DNA of 36,152 nucleotides from Ministeria vibrans ATCC 50519. Taxonomy: Eukaryota > Protista > Filasterea. Below, piece after piece: positions 11,407-22,443 of this stretch; positions within the stretch are counted from its first letter, which is position 1; each line of letters begins with the position of its first letter. The notes under the pieces are model-generated. The model was not told the origin of the DNA. It searched no databases and saw only the letters and a list, made by a program, of their open reading frames with translations. A program made the translations under genes and the position numbers. The stretch is taken from the NCBI GenBank assembly GCA_943704425.1, contig CALSCP010002666.1, forward strand, positions 1-36,152, written 5' to 3'.

Positions 11407-12696
11407 ATGGACACCCCTGGGGCAGCACCATCGGTGTATCATAAGCGCCACTTCTTCGGTGATCGTCGCAATGCCAATCCAGCTTCATCACCGCGCAGTG
11501 GCATTCCGCGCTATGCAGGCGCCGAAAGCGGTGAATACGGCGACCGCTCCGGGACGAGTCCCCATCCGGGGCGTACGCCCAGCCGCGCATATGGCCAACA
11601 GGCACCGTCTGCAGCCAACGCCGCCTCAGCGACCCTCTCGGGTTTGCCTCTGCACTCCATCTACGACTCAAGACCGGCAGGCGTCGCGGCGCCCACTCCC
11701 ACACGTCCCCACGACCATTATCCATCCCAGATGCCGACTCCCAGCGCTCCAGCGGCCGTTGGCGAACTGGAAATCGCCACTCCGTTTCAGTCGTCTCGCG
11801 GTGCATTTGCTTCTCCGCTTGTGTCGCGCACTGTCGAGCGAGATCCTGCTGCCTATCATCACCAACAGCAACACCAGCATTATGAGGATTCTCTGCAAGT
11901 AGGCTCGCCCGCCCAGCGAGACCCTTTCTGCCAACAAGGGTATAACGAACCAGTTTTCAAAAAAAAAAGAAAACCTGATCGACTCTTTTTCCTGTAGCTT
12001 AAGTTTGCACCCTTCCAGCCGCCTGGACAGTCGCTGGGTTACCATCTTTGGGTTTCCACGCGACGCCACGACATACGTGATCAAAGAGTTCCAGTCCTAC
12101 GGCGAGATTGTCGAGCAGGTTGTGTCGGACCAGGGCAACTGGATGCACGTCAAGTATGCGTACGCCCTGCAGGCGCAGCAGGCGCTGGGAAAGACGGGAA
12201 AGGTCTTTGCCGGGGGGACCCTGATGCTTGGAGTGGCACCGTGTATCGACATTGGGGTGATGGAAGGCGTTCGTGACGCAGACACAGTGTCGAGGTCGAC
12301 TGTTCGACTTGACGACACGCACATGTCAAGCCCCCCTGCTTCTTCGGGCGTGCCTCCACAGTCGCTGCCACGACCTCGTGCGACACCGCGTGCACTTCGT
12401 TCAGCTTATGCTAACGCGAACAGGTACTGCTGGCGACTCTTTCGCTCCTTCTCTCTTCCCATCACTTTTGGTTGTCACTTTCTCTCTCGTTTCTTTTCCT
12501 CTCTCTCACTCTCTCACTCTATCGCTTTGTTTATCTCTCTGCCACTTTGTTTCTTTCCCTTTTCTTTTTCAAACACACTGATCCATGTTTAATTTTGTGT
12601 GTTCTTAGTGAAACTGAAGTTGTTCCGCCTGCCATCGACAGTGCCCAGAGGAGTGGAGTTGTGGCGAAGACGTTTGAGTATCTGTTCGGGTGGTGA
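11407..12696 (+). CDS. NUP35: Nucleoporin Nup35/Nup53; exons 11407-11939, 11998-12423, 12609-12696; 348 aa
   Basis: DPFCQQG...LDSRWVTIFGFP RRM (MPPN) domain, GNWMHVKY, ALGKTGKVF, GVAPCID and C-terminal amphipathic KTFEYLFGW. Exon phases are consistent. Confidence 0.93.
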
Positions 12697-13001
12697 TACT
12701 GTATTGTTTTCTGTAGTGTACCATACGCATTTGTTTCGCATCAAAGCAAATGAGTAATTAATGATGACAAATTAGAAAATATATAAAATGACAGAGAGAC
12801 GGCAGCACATCGTGCTGCTGCACCGTCGAGTGTAACACATTAAATCGCACAGTACTAAGTGTGATTGGTCCAATTGGATTGATATCGAACAAAGCAAAGC
12901 GAATAGGTACAAATAATGTCTTCGATGTACACACAGTTGCCTCATAATTAGTGATTTTATTAGCACATGGAATATACGTCACAGTGTTTTTATATAGTTG
13001 G

Positions 13002-14332
13002 TCAGTTGCAATTAAGACGATCGACGGCATCGTGGAGAGATTGGGGATAGGCCAAGCGGGCACGTAGCAGATGGGAGTATGCGGTCTGGGCACATGCTTC
13101 GACGCGCCCAAGATCCTCTGCAAGCACCCGCACAGCACGCACCAGCGCCTGAAAGTCATTGAGAGGCACAAAGTGCACTGCTGCGTTGCGTTCGTAGAGG
13201 TCGTCGAGGCCAGGGTCGCGGGAGCGTTCACTGACGACGCACTTGCCGCGAGCATGGGCTCCATCGATGCGGTGTGTCTCGAGGCCCGCTTCAACGTAGA
13301 AGTGGACGTTGACGATGACGCGCGCACGGGCTACGCAGTCAGCCTGCGTCACGGGATCCAAGTGGCCCATCACTACCCGCATTCCAGACTGCCACACAAC
13401 CATATTATTAGTTCGTTCACGTATATATTGTTCTTAATTATGATTATTATGACTATTATGATTACAAAAACAAACAAACACAACAGTGATAAAAAATTAG
13501 TTAGTCATACCTCATTGAAGAGCTTCACCATTTGCTTGCGTCGCTCGTTCATGAAGCCGTAAAAGCACGCATGAAGAAAGTTATCTTGGCGCTCCTCTGG
13601 GTAGTTTGGTCGCAATTGTGAGAGTGTGTCTGTGACTGGTGCGTCTGGTCGTCCAAACTCCTCCCATGTCATTTGGTTGTACATGGCTACAAGAGAGCCC
13701 TCAATGCCAAAGCGTCTCTTCCACTCGTTCAAGTGCATTTCTGAAAAGTCCCACACTGCACATTTACGAGCCTCTCTCATTGCACGCAGCCGTCCCTCCG
13801 TGTCCACCGTCTGTTCTAATTGATAGATAATCGCTTTCTCGCGAGGGGGCGTCACGCGCGCATTGCCCAGCAGGAAGATGGAGAAGCCGCTGATCTTGTC
13901 GCGGTTGCTCAGTCGCGCCAGCTGTGCCTCCAGTCCTTTGACCGACGGAATGAATAGAGTGTCGCCGTCGCCGCGCACCACTCGACACGGATTCGGCCAG
14001 GGAGCGCTGACTGGCACTGGGATGAGACCCTCTGCTGCGTCCGTTTCCACTGCAGATGAGTTCGCAATCGGAGGATATATCAAGGGGTTGCTCGGTGAAT
14101 GGTCGGTGGCCACAAATGCGTCGGCGGGCTTGGCCAGCGAGTGCGATCCGACCGAGTCACTGCGCAGGAAGACGACAGAGCCGACGAAGAGCAGCACGGC
14201 CAGCACGAGACTGCCACCAAAGACAACGCTCTTCATGTTCACGCCCGTCCCTTTCACACTCGTGCTGGCTATCAACGCCGCTCCTTCTCGTGGCCGAGGC
14301 ACCTCCGCTTGACCCTCTTCCATCCGCTCCAT
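13002..14332 (-). CDS. Type II membrane glycosyltransferase-like protein (GT-B-type C-terminal domain); exons 14332-13511 and 13388-13002; 402 aa
   Basis: One N-terminal TM (LVLAVLLFVGSVVFL), then VWDFS, FYGFMNERR, ARVIVNVHFY, LETHRI, GKCVVSERS. Intron 13510-13389 is phase 0. Confidence 0.7.
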
Positions 14333-14550
14333 GTTCAATCCGGTGTAAACAAAATAATTCCGTTCGAAAAAGACTCTGCACGAACCCTGACGCAAGATCA
14401 CAAAGAAGTATCGTAGCACTACTGCTAGGACTATCAATAACCGGTTGGGTCAGGGCAATGTTCAAAAAAAGAACAAAGCCAAACTGAATTTACTGTATAT
14501 TTTTGTCATCGGGTTATCAAACTAATAATCAATTTATTTTTCATTTTTCG

Positions 14551-15566
14551 ATGTCTCGCAGGCACGATGCGTGGGACGAAATTTGCGTGGGCTACTGGGA
14601 CCGGGTTGGTTTAGGAAAGGTGGTGGGGCGTCCTCGCTGCAGTGGCCTGCACATTCTGCGCGGAGAGTAAGACAGCACTTTGGGAGTCGAGTCAATCGTG
14701 AGGCATTCCATTCCATCTTTTGCACACAGCCACAACGACATTCAGGAGGCGCTCCGTACCCAAGACACCAAACGAGCGCCTGCAGTGACCAATGGGCCTA
14801 GCATCACCATCGTGTCGTCGAGCCGTTTGGCCAGGCAGGCAGTGGAAAAGGCGGCGTCGGACGACAGTGCGGGCGAACACCAGTCTGTCGAGGAGGCCAT
14901 CAACGACGCCGACGCGATGCCGTGGCTGGAGAGCTGCGTCGGCATTACTGTGCAGACTGCTCAGGCACGACGTGAAGGTCGCCCTGGACACATGTATGGA
15001 CTCCAGCGCGTCATAGCGGACGCGTCACTGCCCGACAAAACGCTGACCTACGAGCCGGTGTAAGACACACGTCTTTTTTTAGTGACACGACGGAGATGGC
15101 TGTTGATGATTCGCACCGTGATACGCATGTTTGTGTATGTTGATGATTCGCACCGTGATACGCATGTTTGTGTATGTTGATGATTCGCACCGTGATACGC
15201 ATGTTTGTGTATGTTGATGATTCGCACCGTGATACGCATGTTTGTGTATGTTGATGATTCGCACCGTGATACGCATGTTTGTATAGAATTGTGCGGGTGA
15301 GCTCGACGCTCGAGCACACGACGCCTCATGTCGAGGTGGGCACAGCTGTGTCAGGACTTCAAAAGGCGCTTTCGAAACTGCAGGACCCTACTGAGCGTGC
15401 GGAGATTCATGCACGAGGACTGGTGTTTGCCAGCAAGATGAAAGTGTCGGCGCTCAAGACGCTGGATGTTGTACAGCAAGGCGTCGCCTTTCGCGACGTT
15501 GCCAATTTTTCCGGCTTTGTTGTCAGTCAGTGCTCCAAGTTACTTTCAGACCTGTTGGGTCGTTAA
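14551..15566 (+). CDS. Hypothetical protein; exons 14551-14666, 14730-15059, 15287-15566; 241 aa
   Basis: Both introns have GTAAGA donors and phase-2 junctions that give one continuous frame from ATG to TAA. Divergent from the glycosyltransferase gene. Confidence 0.65.
15101..15283 (+). repeat. 37-bp minisatellite, about 5 copies (TGTTGATGATTCGCACCGTGATACGCATGTTTGTGTA), inside an intron
   Basis: Contiguous identical units starting at 15101, 15138, 15175, 15212 and 15249, with no spacers. Confidence 0.95.
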
Positions 15567-16060
15567 AGAAAGTTGCGGTGTATATTCCATAGTCGTATTG
15601 TAAAATGTAGCAAAATAATATTGATATAATTCAAATTTAATACTAACTAATAGATTGCAAACTGTTACGTACAATTATTATGCCTCACTGGATAGCGACG
15701 GTGCACCACTCTAACCTGCCACTGTTTCAGTTTCCCCAATGTTATACCTCTTCTTTCTTATTATTATTTAATGGCCGACCATTAATCCCTCAAAAAATAT
15801 ATATTTCCAAAAAAAAAAAGTTTTCGAGTTGATTAAAATTGAAACGCAAAGAGCTATTGTCTGTACTCAAGAATCAAGATTATGATCACTGGCAAAAATC
15901 AAAAGTCAAAAAAAAGTGTTACAAGACAATAGTGATTAGTGAAGTCACATGCATGTACAGAAGAAAAAGAATCGCAAATAAATAATAAAAAATATAAGAC
16001 AATACAATACAACTCTTTCCTTCTTTCACTTCTCTGAGGTCTTTAAAATATACATACTGC

Positions 16061-17425
16061 ATGGGCTGCGGATCGTCAAAGTCGCTTGTGCCACCGCCGG
16101 TGACGGCACAGACGAAGCCCCAGACAAAGAAGAGTCGCGCCAAGGCCCTTCACACGGCCGTCACCAACAGCAAAGAAATTGTCAAGGCAGGCCGTAAGCA
16201 AATGGCATTAGAGAACTCCGCCAAGGGTCATTTACAGTTGTGGGCAAAGGTACAGCGTGTCATAATGGGCCGGTTGCCATTGGTTACAAGCCAGCAAAAA
16301 AAAATAACGTATCTGTAGAACGAGGACGACGTCATCAAAGACGCCGTAAAGGTCTGGTCCGAGTATCATCATGAGCTGGAGGAGATGCAGAAGAAGTATT
16401 GGGACGGCTATCAGGCGTTTGTGACGGCTCTTGACGGAGTTGCGACTTCTCATAAAGTATCCGCCCATAATATCTCCCCCCTGCGCGCGCCCTTGCAATG
16501 TTCCCTCATGGTGACCAATACACTCTTGTTGTCTTCCATGTAGACAGTGGATGCGGCAGTGAAGAGACGAGAGGACCTCCAGAAGCAGCTGAACAAGAGC
16601 AAGGCAAAGTTGGAGCGTGTGCGTCTGCATGCACGACAGGCGGGAAACGAAGAGTCGTCCGTCGACGTGTTTCAGACCGATGCGACCGTCACACAACAAA
16701 CGGCGGCACTCAAGCTGGCCGACGAGCAGGTGCGCGAGGCACAGCAAGAATACACGGCGTACAAGGTGCGCACCATGCGCTCGGGTCTGATTTCGCTGGT
16801 GGGAGCACATGAGGCACTGCTTCGTGGTTCCCTCGCAGAAACAGGCGCTCGTGCTGTCCAGGCTATGCACGCACTTCCCAGCGAGCCCAAGATGCCAATG
16901 GCTGCACCATCGTCGTGGGTCGACGAAGACGCATTTGTAGACGAGAGCAAAAGCCAGGCAGCTGTCAGTGAGCACGGGCGGACAGCGGGCGCTGGTGCTT
17001 CCACTGTGCCAACCTCCTATGCAGCCAGCAGCGTGACCCCAAGCCAGCCACGCAGCAATACCTCCAAGAGCTCCGTGTCTAACAAGAGCCCCGTACCCCC
17101 CTTCGAAAGTGCACAAAATTTACATGGTATGGCGGATTATGAGTCCACCGCATCGGGTGCAGACACAGCTGCTGTCAGCTCGGGTGTACATGTGCGGGTC
17201 ACATCGGCAACCACAAAGAACAGCGACACGGATCGGATTGGAGAAGATGCGTTGTCGTCCCCATCGTCAACCAACGACGGCGACGGCGACAATCGTGATG
17301 GTCTGGGGCATCATGAGCGTGACATGGAGGACGACGAGGGAGTCGAATTGGAGTCGGAAACTGTGGTTGTGGAAAAAACTGTGAGGAATACCGAGGAGCT
17401 ATATGACGTTGAAAATGACTATTGA
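16061..17425 (+). CDS. N-myristoylated/palmitoylated BAR-like protein resembling eisosome Pil1/Lsp1; exons 16061-16249, 16319-16456, 16544-17425; 402 aa
   Basis: MGCGSSK start. Spliced helical region HLQLWAKNEDDVIKD...ELEEMQKKYWDGYQAF...VKRREDLQKQL, followed by a disordered acidic tail. All introns phase 0. Confidence 0.7.
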
Positions 17426-17718
17426 TAAAAATAATAAAAGATTAATCATGCTGTTGTCGCTTTTCTAGTTTTCCTTAATAATGGGTTGTATTCTTCTTCT
17501 TCTAATAACTCGTTAGACAGCTGTTACAGCTTGTCAGAGCCCTAAGCCTCCTCTGGGGGTATGGCGTACCATTACGATTACCTCACTGGATAGCGATTGC
17601 ACTTGTGCTTTTGTTGTAGATCTGGTGACTGTAATGAATAAATGGGTTGTATTCTTCTTCTAATAAATAATATTAATATCGTTATTTAACACTTATTTTT
17701 ATTTATTAGTGGCTTACA

Positions 17719-19506
17719 ATGTACCTGACCGCATCAATCGTTGCGCCACTGGTGCTGCTGCTGTGCCACGCGTCGTTGGGCAAGGAGCACAAAGCAGGTT
17801 TGAAAGCACTCTCGCCTCACACCACTCTCGCCTCACACCACTCTCGCCGCCTTCTCCTGCAAGGCCACATGCAGCCGTTTGGCTCGCACCGTCCAGCCGA
17901 CGGCCCCATCGACTATCTTGACGAGCCGCCGACCCCCGAGGTGTTCTGGAGCGAGTACGTCCTTCGCGGTCGCGCAGTGGTCATTCGCGGTCTGGCCAAG
18001 AACATGCCCGCCGCCGCAATGTGGACGCCCGAGTTTGTCAAGGACAAGTACGGCGACCAAATTGTCCAGCTCGAGCGCAAGCGTGAGGACAGCTCGCTGG
18101 GACGCTCCAAGGCGACCTTTAGCGAGTTCTACGAACAGCTCACCGACGACGCGTACATTGTGTCGCAGTTGCCCGAAGCCATGGCAAACGAAACACTCGT
18201 GCCGCCCGTCATCATGTGCGGCCCTATTATTGATGAGCTCGTCGAGGTGAACCTGTGGATGAGCACGGGAAACACCAAGTCGCTCATTCACAAGGACTCC
18301 CTCAACCAGCTCAACTGCCTCTACGACGGCATCAAAAACTGGACCATCATCCCCGTCGATCACACCTCCGATGTTCACCTTACCTGGGAAGGGGGTGAAA
18401 ACCCCAAATATGCCTCCTCTGGCTCCTCTGCGTACCAATAGACAAGAGAGCAACGCCACTCTGTATTCATTTCGACGTTGTTTTGTTTTGTTTAGTCTGA
18501 ATGTGGACGCTGTTGATCTGGACCAGTATCCTCGCATCTCAAACGTACACTACAATCACAGCCAGCTGTTTGCCGGCGACTGTCTGTACCTACCGGGCGG
18601 TCTGCTGCACCAGGTAAACTCACTGGAAGGGCGCAATCTGGCCATCTCGATTCTCTTTACGGGTCCCTCCGCCATCAACGCTCACTACCACCCGGCCGAG
18701 ACTCTCAAGCGATGGGGCGCATTCAAATCGAATGTGCCATGCGAGGGCAAGTACGCACCCGTCTCGACTGTCGACGTTGCGTGGATGTACAAGGGCGACG
18801 GCATCCACACCATGGGCTTTTTGAACCCCAAAGTTATCCGAACCGCCTTGCGCGAGTTTTTCTCTCCCTGTAATCTCTCATATACTATGTGTATCATTAT
18901 TGTCATTGCCATACTCATTGTTGGGTCTGCGTAGCTGTCAAGCGTTTGTCGCGCGTTGACCTGGCGCGACATGTCGTGTCACATCTGTCCGAGTTCATTG
19001 GCACCTCGCCGGTTTTTCCGGTCGACGACTTCGACATGATTGCAGACGTAACCCCGTCCCTTTCTTGCCCATGCAACTCACTCACTCGCTCACTTATTCC
19101 TTCTATTTGGCAGGCACTAACGTTCATTGACAAGCGGCCGCGCTCGGAATGGCAGGACATGCTCCAGTACTCGAGCACCGGCCAGAACGCACAGATTCCC
19201 GGACTGCGCCTGAAGTTGCTCAAGGAGGCACGCGATCAAGCGTACGCCTTTTTCGACTCATATGCTGAGAGCGAAGATGGCAGCGTTGACGGCGAGCGCT
19301 TTTTGACTCTGGACATTGTCAACGGACTGCGACAGCGACAAATCCAAGACTCACTCATCATCTTCATTGTTGTTGACCAAATCACGTCGTGCTTCCCCTT
19401 TGCGCGTGGCGGACCTGGTGGGTCACAACAGTCCGGTGACGATGAGGGCGACGAGGAGGGTGAGGAGGAAGAGGGTGATGACGACTATGGTCGCGACGAC
19501 CTGTGA
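17719..19506 (+). CDS. Secretory-pathway JmjC (cupin-8-type) 2OG/Fe(II) oxygenase; exons 17719-18431, 18496-18851, 18935-19047, 19114-19506; about 524 aa
   Basis: Signal peptide, FWSEYV..GRAVVIRG, NLWM...HKD...NCLYDGIKNW, GDCLYLPGGLLHQV (HxD...H triad), acidic tail ending RDDL. Confidence 0.85.
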
Positions 19507-19688
19507 CGCGAGCAGAAGTAATAATGCATTCAAATTCATAATAATAATAATAATTTTAAAAAAAATTATGATAATAAATTTATTATTATAATAACAAGAC
19601 GTATTAATATAATAATAATTAAAAGGTTGTGTGCTCTCTTTACTCCTCCTACTCTCTCCCTCTCCTTCTCTTTCTCTCGGCCGCGCTC

Positions 19689-22297
19689 TCACTTGCCCTT
19701 CATTTGCGCACGCTTCTTCATGAGCTCCTGCATAAAGCCAGAGGTGGGCGCGGCAGCTTCGCTCTCATCGTCACCGCCGGGCGGTGGGGGCGGCGGGGGC
19801 GGACCACCCGCCCCAGACGGAGGTGGCGGCGGGGCGCCGGCATCGGAGGGACCGGGCGGTGGCGGTGGGGGAGGAGGACCGCCCACGCCGCCAGGAGGTG
19901 GGGGCGGAGGAGGTGCAGGGGCCCCTCCAGCGTTGCCTCCGGGTGGCGGTGGAGGTGCCGGGCCACCGCCAGAGCTCGATGGTGCCATGGGCGCAGATGC
20001 AGTTACAGTTGTCTTCTTCAGCAGTGGCGCCGCTCCCATCATCTTAGGCTCGACCTTCTTACGTGCACCTGCTGGTCCCACGCTACACACAAAGAAAAAG
20101 ACACAACAACAGAAGTGAGACAAGGCCAGACGTGAGGCGAGACGTGACGACGTACCCAAAGGCACGGTTCATGACGCTGTCCTTGGATCCGGCTGCATTG
20201 TGCGTGACTCGCCACAGAAAGTAGGCGTTGAGGTCGATCGGCTGAAAGTACTTGCTAAAATAATGTGCTCGTACTTTCAAAACCTAAACAAAAAAACATA
20301 TTAATTTTATTGTTATTGTTACGTCTTATTAAATTTTTCCTATTTTTGTTGTTGTTAATGATAATGTACCTCAAACTCGCGACGCTTCTTGTTGAGTCTG
20401 CGCATGCCATACTTGTCGATAATCTCGGCGAGTCCGCCCTGGAACACTTCGTCGTTGTCAAAGTCGTATACGTGAAACTCGCGAAATGCCTTCTCTTGCT
20501 CGGGCGTGAACGATGGGCGCTGTCCGCCCTGCGTCGTCGCTCCGCCCCACGCACCCGACTTCATGGCAAATGACCCCGTTGCCATGCCACCCGCCTGCGG
20601 TCCGTACGACGCTGCAAACGACTGCCCCATCGCCGCCGGTGTCATCCCCGCTGCACCTGGCGGCATAATCGACCCGGCTCCCGGTCGCATCATAGACTGC
20701 ATGCCGGGCATTGTTGTCGTTTGCATGAACGACCCACCTCCCATCATTCCCATCTGTTGTTGTTGTTGCTGCAATTGTTGTTGTTGCATCATCTGTTGTT
20801 GCTGTTGTTGCATTTGTTGCTGTTGCATCATTTGTTGTTGCTGCATCATCTGTTGTTGTTGTTGCTGTTGTGGGTGCATAAACGATCCCTGCGGCATCAT
20901 TCCCATTTGTGGCATCATCTGTTGCTGTGGATGCTGCATCATCATCGAACCACCACCCATCATCATCTGTTGTGACGTCGGTTGCATCATGCTACCCATG
21001 CCTTGACCACCACCTGCTCCTCCCATGCCCATGCCTGGCTGCATCATACCCATGCCCGATTGCATCGTGTCCATGCCTGGCTGCACCATGCCCATGCCCG
21101 ACTGCATCGTACCCATGCCTGGCTGCATCGTACCCATGCCTGACTGCATCGTACCCATGCCTGACTGCATCGATCCCATGCCCATTGAGGCGCCCCGGTC
21201 CATCATTCCCTGCTGAGGTTGATGTTGATGTTGCTGCTGGTGCTGGTGCTGGTGCATCGGTGGTCTCTGTTGCATGGGTGGTGATGACATTGCCTGGGGA
21301 TCGGGGCGGCGCGTTGACGTGGCCGCTGGCGGAGGATTCTTCTGCTTGCCCTTCTTCGTCGACTGTTTCTTGCCCTGGAACATGTGCTCTTGGAGCTGTG
21401 CATCAAACAGCACGATGAGCTCGTCGGGGTCCTCGCATTGCACAATGTGCACCAGCGTCTTGTCCGTCATGGTGTCGTGCGTCATAAAGGCAACCAGGTT
21501 GCGGAACTGCGGAAAGCGCGCATCCTCGGGCAGTTGGCTCACAAACGACACATGGTCCATGCTGTAGGCCGCCATCACATGCTTGTCAAATGCATCCAGT
21601 ACCTCTATCGCCGACGACGAGACCGTCAGAAACACTTTGGTCGGCTGCGCACCAAACGAGAGAGAACACACAGTTGGTGAGTATTTCATCGGCGCTGTTT
21701 CAGTGCGACACCAGCACGCCATTCCAACGCGCACGACACACAGCAGTAAACGGACAAGGGTCGCCCCCCACCCCTATCCACCTGCTCCATCGCGACCACA
21801 TATCGCCTTCCGATGATCGGACGTCAAACGTAAAAAAAAATCCAAAGTGGACAGTTTGCGCACGACTCTAGCGACATGCAGGGCCGGCGCTCGCTCCACA
21901 GCACTATACGGCCGTATATAAACCGCTTGGCATCGCGCGCAAAGTTTCAAAAGACGCTCTTATCGTGAGCTGTTTTTAGAAGTGAGAACTTGAATCGCGA
22001 TAAAAAAAAAAAAAAAAAAGGGGNNNNNNNNNNCTCAGTGGCTGAGCTGGAAGCTGTAGCTCAAAAAAGCCGGGGTTGAAAAAAGGGAGAGAGAGAGCGA
22101 AAAAGAGAAAGAAAGAACCCCTCGAAAATAGCAGTGCCACACGGGGTGGTGGGATGGCGTACCGGGACTTGGCGAGCGCGGATCTGCTCGAAGCCAAGCA
22201 GCGCCGTCTCCAGCAGATGACTGTCCGGCACCTCAGCCGTTCCCAGATGCCGCACAAGAAAGCAGCCAGCATCGTCCTTTGAGCCTTTGCCACCCAT
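19689..22297 (-). CDS. PTB-cluster paralogue A: myristoylation signal, PTB-like domain, Q/M-rich region, shared helical domain, LKKT motif, polyproline, FAB-like C-terminus; exons 22297-22163, 21644-20370, 20283-20156, 20082-19689; 643 aa
   Basis: MGGKGS start; FLVRHLGTAEV...VFLTVSSSAIEV...VSFVS...LVAFMT...VHIVQC; FREFHVYDFDNDEVFQGG...KVRAHYFSKYFQPIDLNAYFLW; GFMQELMKKR. Phases consistent, but the first intron spans an N gap. Confidence 0.8.
21025..21180 (-). repeat. Coding 21-bp tandem repeat encoding (MGxMQ[S/P]G)n, next to a poly-Q tract at about 20755-20870
   Basis: About 7 degenerate units visible in both DNA and translation. Confidence 0.85.
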
Positions 22298-22443
22298 GTC
22301 AATGCCTGATACTACTGATTGATTCTTCGATCGACAATGATAAGAAAATTTAAAATTATGACTATTTCTATATTCGACAATATCGCCGATCATTTGAGAA
22401 CTTTGAAGTCATTAATTGTTGTTCACACTTCACAGTTTTGTTG
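22298..22443. promoter_or_regulatory. Putative compact bidirectional promoter/5' UTR region between PTB paralogues A and B
   Basis: Head-to-head ATGs separated by only 146 bp of AT-rich DNA. Confidence 0.55.

Noticed and set aside
15101-15283. CRISPR array (37-bp repeats)
   Set aside because: Units are contiguous with no spacers, lie inside a spliceosomal intron, and no cas genes are present.
20506-21006. Cys-rich metallothionein-like ORF and poly-Leu/His ORF
   Set aside because: Reverse-complement readings of the poly-Q/Met region of paralogue A.
21905-21918. 14-bp palindrome TATACGGCCGTATA overlapping a TATA-like box in intron 1 of paralogue A
   Set aside because: A single palindrome of this length is expected by chance in 36 kb and has no supporting context.
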